Shown here piece after piece: positions 9,273 through 19,325 of a stretch of DNA of 64,000 bases. Below the pieces are notes generated by a model. The model worked only from the letters and a program-made list of their open reading frames with translations, was not told the origin of the DNA and did no database searches. The stretch is from Alphaproteobacteria bacterium (GTDB taxonomy: Bacteria > Pseudomonadota > Alphaproteobacteria > UBA6615), in NCBI GenBank assembly GCA_028279245.1, contig JANQOE010000040.1:4121-68120 (forward strand), written 5' to 3'. Position numbers and translations under genes: made by a program. Every line of letters begins with the position of its first letter. The first letter of the stretch is position 1.

Positions 9273-10553
9273 CTATTCCGCGGCCAAGCACATGCCGCCG
9301 GTGTCAGCCCTAGGCGCCTTGTGGAACACCCCGTCTTTCATGATTCCGATCAGCCTATCCGCGTCCTGCAGTATGGAGATGTCGGCAATCGGATCGCCGC
9401 GAACCAACAGCAGATCCGCCAGCGCACCCTCTCGGATCTGGCCAACGTCCATCACCATCAGCGCGGCGCCACCCGCTGTCCCCGCCTGGATCGCCTCCAT
9501 CGGCGAGTAGCCCAGCAAATTGACGAAATGCGCAAGGTCGCGAGCATTTGTCCCCTGCGGGTTGCAGAACAAGCCATAGTCGCCGCCCGGCAGGACCCGG
9601 ATGCCACGCTCCCGCATCGCCCGCACACCGTTTATGAGTGACGCCAGTTCGGATTCCAGGCTAGCCTGGGTCGCGTCGTCGTGCTCGACCCCAAAGTCTT
9701 GCGCTTCGTGGACCAAGGTATAGGGAAAGCCGACTGTCGGCGCGACGAATACCCGGTCTTTTGCCGCCTCGAGCATGTCCAGCGCTTCCTCATCGCACAG
9801 TGCAGCGTGGTAGATCACATCGACGCCGTGACGAACACACATCTTCACGCTCCCGGCACTCGTCGCATGGGCGGCAACCTTCTTGCCTCGCGCCCGCGCC
9901 ACTTGCACAACCGCGGCAAGCTCTTCATCCGTAATAACGGTTGCGTCCGGCCCGGCGCCCCACTCCTCAAAGCCCCTATCCCCGGACACGTTCACCTTGA
10001 ACGTATCGACGCCGTTTCTGGCGGCCCGCCGGCATGCTTGCCGAAACGCATCCGGTGAATCGCATGTCACGGTGAAACGCACCGCCTCCGGCAGTGTCAT
10101 ATAGTCAGTGTCGAGATCGCCGAGATTTCCGGAGGGAGTCATCTCTTGCGTTGCCGCCCGTAGGCGCGGTCCCGGAATGCGCCCGGCGTTGATGGCGTTC
10201 CGAACCACCACGTCAAGCCGCGGTTTCGCCGCGGCGGCGCTGAAGCAACTGGTGAACCCCTGATCTAGCAGGAGCTTCGCGTTCTCGATCGTCGCCAGCA
10301 GATGCTCCTCGACTGGCAATCGCACGGACTCGAAGAGGTCCTGCATGTTCGTGAAGCTAAGGTGGGCATGCGCTTCCACCAGGCCCGGCATCAACGCGCA
10401 TCCACCACCGCAGACGACCTCAGCGCCTTCGACACTGATCCGATCCGGCGATTTCGCCACACGCTTTATGCGAGCCCCTTCAACAAGAACGTCTCCCGTG
10501 TACGGTGCCCTCGCCACGCCGTCGATGATCTCCGCGTCCGCGAACAGGTACAT
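9273..10553 (-). CDS. Amidohydrolase-family metal-dependent hydrolase
   Basis: VEAHAHLSF metal-binding HxH motif near the N-terminus, then H…H…D pattern of the amidohydrolase superfamily. Start at 10553 is supported by a strong GGAGGAGG RBS 6-13 nt upstream; the ORF extends to 10592. Confidence 0.75.
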   Translation of the reverse strand: MYLFADAEIIDGVARAPYTGDVLVEGARIKRVAKSPDRISVEGAEVVCGGGCALMPGLVEAHAHLSFTNMQDLFESVRLPVEEHLLATIENAKLLLDQGFTSCFSAAAAKPRLDVVVRNAINAGRIPGPRLRAATQEMTPSGNLGDLDTDYMTLPEAVRFTVTCDSPDAFRQACRRAARNGVDTFKVNVSGDRGFEEWGAGPDATVITDEELAAVVQVARARGKKVAAHATSAGSVKMCVRHGVDVIYHAALCDEEALDMLEAAKDRVFVAPTVGFPYTLVHEAQDFGVEHDDATQASLESELASLINGVRAMRERGIRVLPGGDYGLFCNPQGTNARDLAHFVNLLGYSPMEAIQAGTAGGAALMVMDVGQIREGALADLLLVRGDPIADISILQDADRLIGIMKDGVFHKAPRADTGGMCLAAE

Positions 10554-10734
10554 ATTGCGACCTCCTCCGATGCTTCGGGCCACTATACGCACGGCTACAG
10601 TCAGTGTCCCCGCCCCACGCTACGGACCGGTTCGATAACCATGTCCTATCAAACTGGCTACCAAATCCGTATTGCCGGCAGCAGTACAAACCTCACCTCC
10701 CCACATATGGTTAATGCTAGTCGGGAGGCAGCGA

Positions 10735-10890
10735 ATGGCACGGGTTTCAGCCAAACAGCAACCAAACGTCGAATCGCCGACCAACATCGACAAAGAAGCC
10801 ATCAGCGCGTTTCGCGGCCTAACCATTGCGATACCCGCAGGCGGTGTACTGTGGGCAGGAATCATCGGCGCCGCGATCGCGGTTCTGTAA
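10735..10890 (+). CDS. Hypothetical small membrane protein (51 aa, C-terminal TM helix)
   Basis: ATG at 10735 preceded by GGGAGG with 6-nt spacing. Product MARVSAKQQPNVESPTNIDKEAISAFRGLTIAIPAGGVLWAGIIGAAIAVL ends in a hydrophobic helix. Lies in an otherwise empty 1.3-kb gap. Confidence 0.3.
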   Translation: MARVSAKQQPNVESPTNIDKEAISAFRGLTIAIPAGGVLWAGIIGAAIAVL

Positions 10891-11312
10891 TATGCGCACT
10901 CCGTATGTGAGCGCAGTCCGGCAGACGTTGATAAGTTTTGGCGACTACGACACCTGGTCGGTCAACGTCGCACGGACCCCGATAACTCGGGTTCGGTCTG
11001 CGTCGGCGATCTGGCCCAAAGTAGCTGTCGCTGTTTATGAACCGGCGCGGGTTTTCAATGATCGACCTGACCCGCGAACAAAGAGATTTCAGGGATATAG
11101 GGGCTATAACCCGTCCGCCTCAGTAACCGTACCAGCTCCAACCCATTCATCGGCTCCATCTTGAAGTCTGAAATGAGAAGATCAGGCTCATGCTGTTCAA
11201 GAAGACGGAATGTGTTGATCCCGTCCATCGCTTCATAGACCCGTTCTGCCGAGCGCGTAGGTCGGCTAGTCTATACCCCGATTCGCAACCATCCGCTGCT
11301 TGCGCCGGTGAC

Positions 11313-11579
11313 TCAGGCGTAATCGCAGGTGCCGCTGTCGGATGACCCCGTGTCATTCGACGCGCTTCCATCTGTCAAGATGTCGTTGGCCTGAATAGTT
11401 CCCGGCAACCACGCATCACTACCCTGCCAGCAGTCCAGGCTGCGGACAGTGCTCTGCGGCACCAACGCCGAATGCTCTGCCGAAGACGCCCCGACGTTTA
11501 CGGGCAAGCCAGCCACTATCAACACAATGGCTGCGGTTCGAATCACACCCATCTCGCGTCCAACCTCGTCACGGTACAA
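11313..11579 (-). CDS. Hypothetical small secreted protein
   Basis: TTG start; residues 10-36 (MGVIRTAAIVLIVAGLPVNVGASSAEH) form a Sec-type signal peptide; Ser/Asp-rich mature part with two Cys. No homolog recognised. Confidence 0.25.
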   Translation of the reverse strand: MYRDEVGREMGVIRTAAIVLIVAGLPVNVGASSAEHSALVPQSTVRSLDCWQGSDAWLPGTIQANDILTDGSASNDTGSSDSGTCDYA

Positions 11580-11881
11580 GCCTATACATAAAGATCGATC
11601 GTTCGGCCAACCGTCGGATCGGCGGGAACACGTGCCGTCGGATCAACCCTCTCGACCGCGTCTGCGGCCGCCTTATCGCGAGCCCAGGATCTAGGGTAAG
11701 GAGTGGACACCGCGTCCGCGCGAACCCGACCTATAAGGGCGGTAACCGGGGGGATCGCAGTTCCACGCATTCGGGCGTCCACTCCTCTAGGGGCTGAGGT
11801 CCTAGTATCAGGAAGATGGTCTCAACAACCCGAACAAGCCATTTGGTTCTGCCACCCCGGTTGATAGGGATGACCTATCTG

Positions 11882-12799
11882 CTAGGCCTCGACGGAAACG
11901 CATTCGACCTGCCGGAGTGAACGTCGGATGAGTTCGGCCAGCGTCTCGAACTCGTCATGCCGAACCGATTGCTTCCGCCACACCATGCCCACCAGCCGAA
12001 ACGGCGTCCGCCCCTTTATCAGCCGCGCCGCAACCTGCTTGTCCTCCATCACCTCTGACGTCACATACAGCGCCGGCATGAACGAAATGCCCATGCCCAT
12101 CCCGACCATCTGCCGGATGGTGTCCAAGCTGGTTCCTTCGTAGTCGAGCGCCAGGTTGGCGTCATATTGATCGCAAAGATCGCGAACTTGCTCGTACAAC
12201 CGATGCCCTTTTTCCAGGGCCAGGATCGACTCGCCACGAAGGTCCGATCGATCCACCTCCCCCCGTTGCGCAAGGGAATGATCGCTCGGCGCGACGATCC
12301 ATAGCGGTTCCCGAAACAAGCGCACGGTCACCAGATCCGCACCCTTTAGCGGTAGCGGGAACAGCAATAGATCCAGCGAGCCGTCATCGAGCCGGTCCAG
12401 GAGTTCTTGTGGCATGCCCTCGCGAACGTACAGCTTGAGCGCCGGGTAGCTCTCGTGCAGCTCCGGCAATATGTGGGGCAATAGATAAGGGCCCAGCGTC
12501 GGTAACACCCCCAATCGTACAGTGCCACCAAGTAGGCTCTGTCCCTGTTTGGCCAAGCTGACGATGTCGTTCACATCGCGCAGCACCCGCTGGGCGCGCA
12601 CCGTGATCTCTTTGCCGATCGGGGTCAGGACAACCCGGGCGCGGCTCCGCTCGACGAGTTGCACACCTAGCCGCTCCTCCAGTTCTCGCAGTTGGCCGCT
12701 AAGCGTCGGCTGGGTGACATTCGTCTTCTCTGCCGCCCGCCGAAAATGCAGCGTCTCCGCAATAGCCACCAAGTACCGCAGCTGCTGGAGTGAGACCAT
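11882..12799 (-). CDS. LysR-family transcriptional regulator (OxyR-like N-terminus)
   Basis: LQQLRYLVAIAETLHFRRAAEKTNVTQPTLSGQLRELEERLGVQLVER is the LysR HTH and closely parallels OxyR. Only one of the two OxyR redox cysteines is apparent, so I do not call it oxyR. Confidence 0.85.
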   Translation of the reverse strand: MVSLQQLRYLVAIAETLHFRRAAEKTNVTQPTLSGQLRELEERLGVQLVERSRARVVLTPIGKEITVRAQRVLRDVNDIVSLAKQGQSLLGGTVRLGVLPTLGPYLLPHILPELHESYPALKLYVREGMPQELLDRLDDGSLDLLLFPLPLKGADLVTVRLFREPLWIVAPSDHSLAQRGEVDRSDLRGESILALEKGHRLYEQVRDLCDQYDANLALDYEGTSLDTIRQMVGMGMGISFMPALYVTSEVMEDKQVAARLIKGRTPFRLVGMVWRKQSVRHDEFETLAELIRRSLRQVECVSVEA

Positions 12800-13027
12800 C
12801 CCCTATCCCCGGCCAAGAGATTCTAACTATCAAATCGATCATCAAGTTTGATCCCATCAATCGAAAATCAAGCGAAAACCGCCCGACAACGGTGCTGATA
12901 GGCGAGGACTATCACCAGGTTAGCGATCTCCGATTAGCCGCAACCGATTGATTTCCCTACTTGATCGAAAGGAAACCGGCCAAACGGGGCACCGGTTCAG
13001 CAAGCCAAACCAGGGTAGCCAGGGATC

Positions 13028-13981
13028 TTGGGGATCGAAATCGCGCAAGCGGCAGTCGGACTATCGATCGGTCTAGTGCTGCTCTATTTCGGAGGTGAGT
13101 GCATCGTTGGCAGCGGTGTGCGGATCGCTCGGCGGATCCGCATCTCTCCGCTCCTGGTTGGCATTGCGATCGTTGGCTTTGGCACTTCATTGCCCGAAAT
13201 GATCGTTTCCTTGAATGCCCATATGAACGGCTACACCGACGTCGCGGTTGGCAATGTCGTCGGCAGCAACATCACGAATATCCTGCTCGTCCTCGGCGCC
13301 GCCGCTATCATCGCCTCCCTGCCATGCTCTAGGACAGCGCTCCGAACCGACGGCCTCGCACTGGTAGCCGCCACCGCGTTATTCGTCGGACTTGCCCTGT
13401 TCAATCTGCTGACCTTCGTCAGCGGCGCGTTACTCGTCACCATCCTCGCCGCCTTCCTGTTCTTTCGCTACACGTCCGAGCGTCGGCTCCAAACCGAAGC
13501 CGGACCGGATCCCGAACCCAATTCCACGGGCGGCCCCGCCTGGAAAGACTGGCTTTGGATCGGTGCCGCAATGGTAATGCTCTGGGCTGGATCGAAACTG
13601 TTCGTGATCGGCGCGGTCAAAAGCGGCGGTTTGATGGGCCTCAGCGGCGCCGTGATCGGCCTGACCATCGTCGCCCTCGGCACCTCCCTGCCCGAATTGG
13701 CGACAACCGTAGTCGCCGCCTTCCGCAACGAAACCGACCTGCTGCTCGGCAACATATTCGGCAGCAACATGTTCAACATCCTATGCATCGTCGGGATCGC
13801 TGCGCTGGTCGCCCCTATCCCCGTCGCCAGCCGCTTCATCACCGTGGACCTGTGGGTCCTGGCCGCGGTCACCGCGTGCCTGCTCTTCTTCGGCTACACC
13901 GGCCGCCGCCTCGCACGCTGGGAGGGCGCCACGTTGTTCGGCGGATACTTGGTGTACCTGTCGGTGACGCCGATTATATAA
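13028..13981 (+). CDS. Ca2+/cation antiporter (CaCA family, YrbG-like sodium/calcium exchanger)
   Basis: Two alpha-repeat signatures GFGTSLPEMIVSLNA and ALGTSLPELATTVVAA separated by a hydrophilic loop; about 10 TM segments. Confidence 0.85.
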   Translation: MGIEIAQAAVGLSIGLVLLYFGGECIVGSGVRIARRIRISPLLVGIAIVGFGTSLPEMIVSLNAHMNGYTDVAVGNVVGSNITNILLVLGAAAIIASLPCSRTALRTDGLALVAATALFVGLALFNLLTFVSGALLVTILAAFLFFRYTSERRLQTEAGPDPEPNSTGGPAWKDWLWIGAAMVMLWAGSKLFVIGAVKSGGLMGLSGAVIGLTIVALGTSLPELATTVVAAFRNETDLLLGNIFGSNMFNILCIVGIAALVAPIPVASRFITVDLWVLAAVTACLLFFGYTGRRLARWEGATLFGGYLVYLSVTPII

Positions 13982-14035
13982 GCCCGCTCTGACATTCCGA
14001 CAGAACTGCGGTTCCGTCATCCGGTCGCTTCAGAG

Positions 14036-14914
14036 TCATTCGTGAAATATCTGACTCAGCGCCGCCTGCCGTATCAACGGGTGCATAAATCGATAGGTTA
14101 CAGCTGACTCATCTTGCTGCGGCTTACTAGCAAACCTGCCAAGATCGGCACCCAGTCGAAAAACACTACGAAGAAGACGGGACCGAATAATCGGATCGTA
14201 GTATGCGTAGACCGCACGATACAAATCCTGATCCTCCGGGTGTTCGTCATAAGGTATTTTGAATGAGAGCGGCTCGAACTCCTGCGTACATATAACCTCA
14301 CCCTGGTCAATGCCCGGCGCCATATAGATGCAGGTAGCCGCTGGCCTTTTCCGGACCAACATTGACCATAGCAATCCGTCCGCACCCCTGACATCCGGCA
14401 AGACCCCAGGGTGAATGTGCAGATACCGCGCACCTGCGATACTCAGCAGGGATTGCGGCACAATACCTCCACCCGTGTACAAGACCACAGCTGGTGCGGC
14501 TCCTGACACTACATCGATCAGTTTCGAATCCCCCAAACCGCTGACCATGACTCGACGTACGCGTCCGGCATAGTCCTCATACTTCCACCGCTTGTTATAC
14601 ATCTCGTCATGGAAGTCAGAGCAAAAGTCCGCCGCATCACAGCAGTCATGCGTCATCCTTGCCACCAGGCCCGCGAATTCCTTACGCAGTTGCCGCCCCC
14701 AATAGTTCAGCTGAATGTCCTGCATCCTCTCGGCATAAGCCATACGCATCTTCTTGGGCCACCAACGACCAACCTGCTTGTCGTTTGCCGGGGTTGCCTC
14801 GTAGACCATAAGTATGAGAGTGGCCGGTCGCAGTCCCATTCGCCGGAGACAGGTAAGGTAGGCTCGGCCAATCGGGCCTTCATGCTGGAGCACGACAAGT
14901 GGCGCGGTTGTCAT
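14036..14914 (-). CDS. Formyltransferase-family protein (Fmt/PurN/ArnA-N-like fold), possibly non-canonical
   Basis: YLHIHPGVLPDVRGADGLLWSML…MAPGIDQGEV aligns to the formyl_trans_N core (N-x-H-P-S-L-LP-x-x-RG…W). The catalytic Asn two residues before the His appears replaced by His (LHIH). Confidence 0.5.
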   Translation of the reverse strand: MTTAPLVVLQHEGPIGRAYLTCLRRMGLRPATLILMVYEATPANDKQVGRWWPKKMRMAYAERMQDIQLNYWGRQLRKEFAGLVARMTHDCCDAADFCSDFHDEMYNKRWKYEDYAGRVRRVMVSGLGDSKLIDVVSGAAPAVVLYTGGGIVPQSLLSIAGARYLHIHPGVLPDVRGADGLLWSMLVRKRPAATCIYMAPGIDQGEVICTQEFEPLSFKIPYDEHPEDQDLYRAVYAYYDPIIRSRLLRSVFRLGADLGRFASKPQQDESAVTYRFMHPLIRQAALSQIFHE

Positions 14915-15528
14915 GAATCCAGAACCGCTTCAAGCGTTCGCGCACAAAAGACTCGAAGCTCGCTGGATAGATCCTCACCCCCGAGAAGATCATATTTGTC
15001 CAGCGCGTTCATAGCCGAGTTGACGAGCCTGAGGGCCTTTCCTGCAGCCGTGGCGTCCACTATCTTGAGTGCACAGGCCCCGTACAGAAACCCCAAAACA
15101 AGAGCTGGCCAGACCACCGACGGGATCGGTGTTTTGGCAGCCGGCTTGTCCCAGTTCGCATCGTAGGAAAGCCATACTGTTCCAACGATGTCGACTTTGC
15201 GTGACAATCGTTCTAGAGCAAACAGCGTCTCGGCGGTTATTGGTCGACCGGCATTCTGCCCAAGTTGGTATAAGACAGCGGAAGTCACCCTCGCACTACC
15301 CTGGTGATCGTGTGTTGGCAACGTCTTCCTGGCCCGGTCAAGGTTTCCCGCCAATTCGTGAAACAGGTTCAGGAGCGTCGAGCCGACAGACCTTGATGCT
15401 CCAACCATCGAGTATGATTTGTCCGGGTGAGGATCTCTCGATGCGCCGCCGAGTACGTGGCTATTGCCGTCCGGTCGCACCTTGCCAGGGACGAAGGCCA
15501 TGGAAGCCCCCTCGCTACTTGTCTGCAA
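14911..15528 (-). CDS. Hypothetical protein, co-operonic with the formyltransferase-like gene
   Basis: 205-aa ORF whose stop overlaps the downstream start by 4 bp (14911-14914). No recognisable motif. Confidence 0.4.
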   Translation of the reverse strand: MQTSSEGASMAFVPGKVRPDGNSHVLGGASRDPHPDKSYSMVGASRSVGSTLLNLFHELAGNLDRARKTLPTHDHQGSARVTSAVLYQLGQNAGRPITAETLFALERLSRKVDIVGTVWLSYDANWDKPAAKTPIPSVVWPALVLGFLYGACALKIVDATAAGKALRLVNSAMNALDKYDLLGGEDLSSELRVFCARTLEAVLDS

Positions 15529-15727
15529 AATACCGTTACCCAGTGTTGCTATCGTTCTTGAGCAAACTTGTGGGATAACAAACCACTAGGCTAAAGAATC
15601 GCTGGAGAGAAAGCCGAAGACAAGCATTTAAACGTCGCATCCGGGCCAAAAGAGATCGGCGGCTAACTACCCAACTCAAACGTCTAATCTGCGGCCCCTA
15701 AGTTACAAGTTGTCCATCACATCCTAG

Positions 15728-16417
15728 TCAAGCCGCATTTGCCGTTGGATCCTGCTCCGCTGGTGCGGGCTCGCCCATGGCAAGCGGCCCTTCAATCAGC
15801 CATTCCCACAGTCTACTTATCTCAGTGGATGCCTTCGATCCCGGTTCGCACTCACTAACAGCCCAGCCGTCAGCTAGCGCAGATGAAAAGACGGTTCTCT
15901 GACCTATCGAAACCGCAGCAACCTCATGTCCCCAATCCTCAAGTGCATCTCTGGCTTGGCGTGCTACGCCTGACTCACCGCAGAGACCGCGCGGAGGACA
16001 CGCGTTCAGCACAGCTACAGTTTCCGCATTTGCTTCATGCAGAAACTGCATTGTTCCCCCAATCGCGCGCAAATCCATCGCACTAGGCCGAGTCGGAACC
16101 AGGACCACGTCCGCGTCGCGAACCACTGGCAGGAGCCCGGACGAAGCGGCCCTTGGAGCCGTATCAAAGAACAGGTGCGTGACGCCTTGTTGTCGCGCAA
16201 CGCCGGCTACCTGCCTCGCCTGATCCAATCGGCACTCAACGAGAGTCGGCTGTTCTGATTTCCGCAGTCGCCACCAGTCACCCAGGCAGCGTTGCGGATC
16301 CGTGTCCACCACGCAAACCCAATTTCCCCTCCGACGTGCCACTTCGACGGCCAAGTTTAGGGTAAGCGTTGTTTTTCCAACACCACCCTTTTGATTGAAA
16401 ACTGCGACCGTAATCAT
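15728..16417 (-). CDS. ParA/MinD-family P-loop ATPase (BcsQ-like position next to a polysaccharide synthase)
   Basis: [23 protein letters not shown] deviant Walker A. I chose the start at 16417 giving the canonical short N-terminus; the ORF extends to 16471. Divergent from the Alg8-like gene. Confidence 0.8.
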   Translation of the reverse strand: MITVAVFNQKGGVGKTTLTLNLAVEVARRRGNWVCVVDTDPQRCLGDWWRLRKSEQPTLVECRLDQARQVAGVARQQGVTHLFFDTAPRAASSGLLPVVRDADVVLVPTRPSAMDLRAIGGTMQFLHEANAETVAVLNACPPRGLCGESGVARQARDALEDWGHEVAAVSIGQRTVFSSALADGWAVSECEPGSKASTEISRLWEWLIEGPLAMGEPAPAEQDPTANAA

Positions 16418-16648
16418 CTGGACTGCTTCCGAACATCTAACACCTAGACTTGGTCGCTGAACGCAGCACATGTCGCAGTTCTCTTGAAATGCCCTAAGAC
16501 CGAATTCACTGCTTTGACCCTATCGGCAAAACTCGACCGGAACCTTTGGGCCGTTGCGGTTACATCGTGTTTCTCCGATCCTTCGATACCATTCCAGCAC
16601 CATGTCGGAGGCCAACCGACACCCAGCGGAGGCAATCACCAAAACGCC

Positions 16649-18160
16649 ATGTCATTGGCATTCTACTCACTTGTCTTGACGGCATATGCGGTCACTCTTC
16701 CTGACGAACTGCTTCTTCCGTCATCCCAGAAGTTCATCCTCCTACTCGGTGTCATTGGTATTTGGCGATACGGATGGGGCGGTCTTCACTTCATCCGTTC
16801 GATTGTCTTCCGGAAGCTTGTTTTTCCCGCCCAAAGGCAAAGAGCCATGCAGCTGGGTGCATCCAGCAACCCGCCGCATGTTTATCTGCTCCTAACGACC
16901 TTCCGCGTCGACGCTGAGAGCACACGCCTCACATACCAAGCGGCGTTTGCCGAAGCCGCGCGTGCCTCCTGCCCCGTAACGATCGTCGCATCCATCGTCG
17001 AGATGAGCGATCAAAGGACGATCAAGTCACTGTTTGAGGAAAGCGGCACACCGCAGCATGTTCGGCTAATACTCGTTCGGATTCAGGGAAGCGGAAAACG
17101 CGACGCATTGGCCGCCGGGTTCCGCGCAATCTCCCATACAAGTCCGCCGCCAGGATCTTTGACGGCAGTTCTCGACGGTGACACGATAATCGCGCCAAAG
17201 ACCATTGAACGGTGTGCACCATTTTTTGTCCTCAACCCAAAGCTAGGTGCCCTAACCACCGACGAGGACAACATAAGTGTAACGCGCTCACGTCTATACC
17301 GTGAGTGGTATCATCTACGTTTTGCGCAGCGACATATACTCATGTCATCCATGGCGCTCTCCGGTCGGGTTCTCACGCTTACCGGCCGGCTATCCATGTT
17401 CCGTACCGAACTCGTTACCGCGCCCTCATTCATCGCTCAAGTCGAGAACGACTTCATTGAACATTGGCGCCTTGGCCGGTTCCGTTTCCTCACAGGCGAT
17501 GACAAGTCCACATGGCACTGGCTGCTACAGCGGGGTTGGCAGATGGCCTACATCCCCGATGTTCGAATCCTGACTATTGAACAACCACCCCATCCGAACT
17601 TCTTCATTGGCGCCACGAAGCTGCTGACACGGTGGTCCGGCAACACAATAAGAACAAATGCCCGGGCACGGCGCGTACCTGCCTCCACCATTGGGCCGTT
17701 CGTCTGGTGGGCACTGATAGACCAACGTCTATCAAAGTGGACATCACTATTCGGACTGACGCTGGCGACACTGGGTGCCATAGTTGCCGGCATTCAGATC
17801 CTATACTTCTACATCTTCTGGATTGGCCTCACACGGCTCATGCAGACCTTCATGCTACTCAGCGCAAGATCACACATATCCGCGCTCCATCCATTTCTCA
17901 TCTACTTCAATCAGATATATGGATCCCTGATCAAAGTATACGTGGCGAGCCACATGGACCGCCAGAAATGGACCAGGCAGGACACCGCGCTGCGAGATAT
18001 GAGGGCGGGGCTCGCCCGAACATTTAGACGCATATCATCAGGCTATGTTGTTGCGACCTCCGTGATGACTCTGGTGGTTGGTGCGGGATTCGTCGTCGGC
18101 GCTTTTGGAGACGCCGATCTCCACCGCGTCGTCAGCTATGTAGGCAGGGGAGTACATTGA
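16649..18160 (+). CDS. alg8: Alg8-like processive family-2 glycosyltransferase (mannuronan/hyaluronan/chitin-synthase type polymerase)
   Basis: N-terminal TM helices, cytoplasmic GT-A domain with DGD (DxD), GDDKS(T)W and LTRWSGN (Q/RxxRW-type) motifs as in HAS/NodC/Alg8, then C-terminal TM bundle. ORF is open from 16484; I prefer the Met at 16649 (MSLAFYSLVLT…, GGAGG upstream), where the hydrophobic core begins. Confidence 0.65.
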   Translation: MSLAFYSLVLTAYAVTLPDELLLPSSQKFILLLGVIGIWRYGWGGLHFIRSIVFRKLVFPAQRQRAMQLGASSNPPHVYLLLTTFRVDAESTRLTYQAAFAEAARASCPVTIVASIVEMSDQRTIKSLFEESGTPQHVRLILVRIQGSGKRDALAAGFRAISHTSPPPGSLTAVLDGDTIIAPKTIERCAPFFVLNPKLGALTTDEDNISVTRSRLYREWYHLRFAQRHILMSSMALSGRVLTLTGRLSMFRTELVTAPSFIAQVENDFIEHWRLGRFRFLTGDDKSTWHWLLQRGWQMAYIPDVRILTIEQPPHPNFFIGATKLLTRWSGNTIRTNARARRVPASTIGPFVWWALIDQRLSKWTSLFGLTLATLGAIVAGIQILYFYIFWIGLTRLMQTFMLLSARSHISALHPFLIYFNQIYGSLIKVYVASHMDRQKWTRQDTALRDMRAGLARTFRRISSGYVVATSVMTLVVGAGFVVGAFGDADLHRVVSYVGRGVH

Positions 18161-19323
18161 AGGCATTGCAGTTAACCTACGAAGCGGAGCGTCAACGACA
18201 ACACGCGCGCTACCGCATACCCGCCATCGCCGAAATCAACGGAACGCGCTTCGTCGTAGCCAATTGGTCAGTTGGAGGTTTCTGTGTAGAGAATTTCCAC
18301 TCTTCCGCGGCGCTTCCCGAAACATTCCCGACAACACTAAGGTTCCAGTTTCAGTCCTTTGAATTAGCTCTCGACGTACAGGCTGAACTTCAACGCCGGG
18401 TAACGGATAGCGAAGGCGATACGATCGGATGTCGTTTTACCGGCATCGACCAACACCAACGATCACAGCTCCAATACGTCGCGAACGCATTCTTGTCCGG
18501 TGAGATTGTGTCGACTGGCGACGTCCTTCATGTCGTAAGTCGAGAAGACCTCAACCAGGTCCAGCGTGCCCTCCAGATCACCCAACAGAAGACCTTGGGC
18601 ACCCGGATGAAGCGCTTCGCCGGCCTTGGTCTAACGACCCTTGCCGGCATCGCACTGTTCGGCTTCATTGCCGACACAGTCTTCAATCGTGTCTTTGTTG
18701 TCGACGCTTTGTCTGGGGTTGTAGATGCCCCCATTGTCGTCGTCCGGTCACCACAGCCCGGCTACTTCGAACCATTTGGGGGCGGATCCGGCAACAACGT
18801 AAGCGCCGGAGAACCACTTGCCGCGGTCGAGCTCATTGGTGGCGGCGCGACCACACTCGATAGTCCGTGCAACTGTAACATCATAGAGTACCACGCCCGA
18901 TCTCGAGAGTTCGCCGCCCTGGGCGAACCATTGATCACACTCCTGCCGGAAAAAACGGGCACCGAGATCCTCGCTGAGGTCTTCATCGCCGACTTTCAAC
19001 GCATCGCGATTGGTGACCCGGCGACCATCAGGTTTCCGGATAGGCGCGAGTTGGCAGGCCGCGTGCTACGCGTTCAGCACGTGACCACGCCCGAGCAGGA
19101 TCGCTCAACCCAACTTCAGAGCCCGCCCGCAAACCCCCTTACTTACGGACACGTCGTTGTCGCGCCGAACGAACCTGTTAACGTAAGGTTCCTCGGCACG
19201 CCCGTAAGCGTGCGGATCAACACTTTCCGCGCGCTGGCCGCCTTCAGCGACCGTACCAAAGCATTTCCCACAAACGTTGCCCGCGCGGATTCGGGTCGAC
19301 CACCAATCCCAGAGGAGCGGTAA
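18157..19323 (+). CDS. alg44: Alg44-like c-di-GMP-binding PilZ-domain / membrane-fusion (HlyD-like) co-polymerase
   Basis: N-terminal PilZ motifs RQHAR…(RxxxR) and NWSVGGF (D/NxSxGG), one TM (LGLTTLAGIALFGFIA), then periplasmic MFP-like beta-rich domain. TTG start overlaps the synthase TGA stop (TTGA). Confidence 0.7.
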   Translation: MKALQLTYEAERQRQHARYRIPAIAEINGTRFVVANWSVGGFCVENFHSSAALPETFPTTLRFQFQSFELALDVQAELQRRVTDSEGDTIGCRFTGIDQHQRSQLQYVANAFLSGEIVSTGDVLHVVSREDLNQVQRALQITQQKTLGTRMKRFAGLGLTTLAGIALFGFIADTVFNRVFVVDALSGVVDAPIVVVRSPQPGYFEPFGGGSGNNVSAGEPLAAVELIGGGATTLDSPCNCNIIEYHARSREFAALGEPLITLLPEKTGTEILAEVFIADFQRIAIGDPATIRFPDRRELAGRVLRVQHVTTPEQDRSTQLQSPPANPLTYGHVVVAPNEPVNVRFLGTPVSVRINTFRALAAFSDRTKAFPTNVARADSGRPPIPEER

Positions 19324-19325
19324 AG

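Noticed and set aside
11882-12799. Calling the LysR regulator OxyR
   Set aside because: The N-terminal HTH is very OxyR-like, but I could find only one cysteine in the region where OxyR carries the C199/C208 redox pair. I kept it as a generic LysR-family regulator.
16484-18160. Interpreting the GT2 as a cellulose synthase (BcsA) because of the adjacent ParA/BcsQ-like ATPase
   Set aside because: There is no C-terminal PilZ domain within the GT2. The PilZ is on a separate MFP-type protein (Alg44 architecture). The neighbours are an AlgG-like DPHD epimerase, a Sel1 AlgK-like lipoprotein and AlgD. No BcsB/BcsC-like genes are present.
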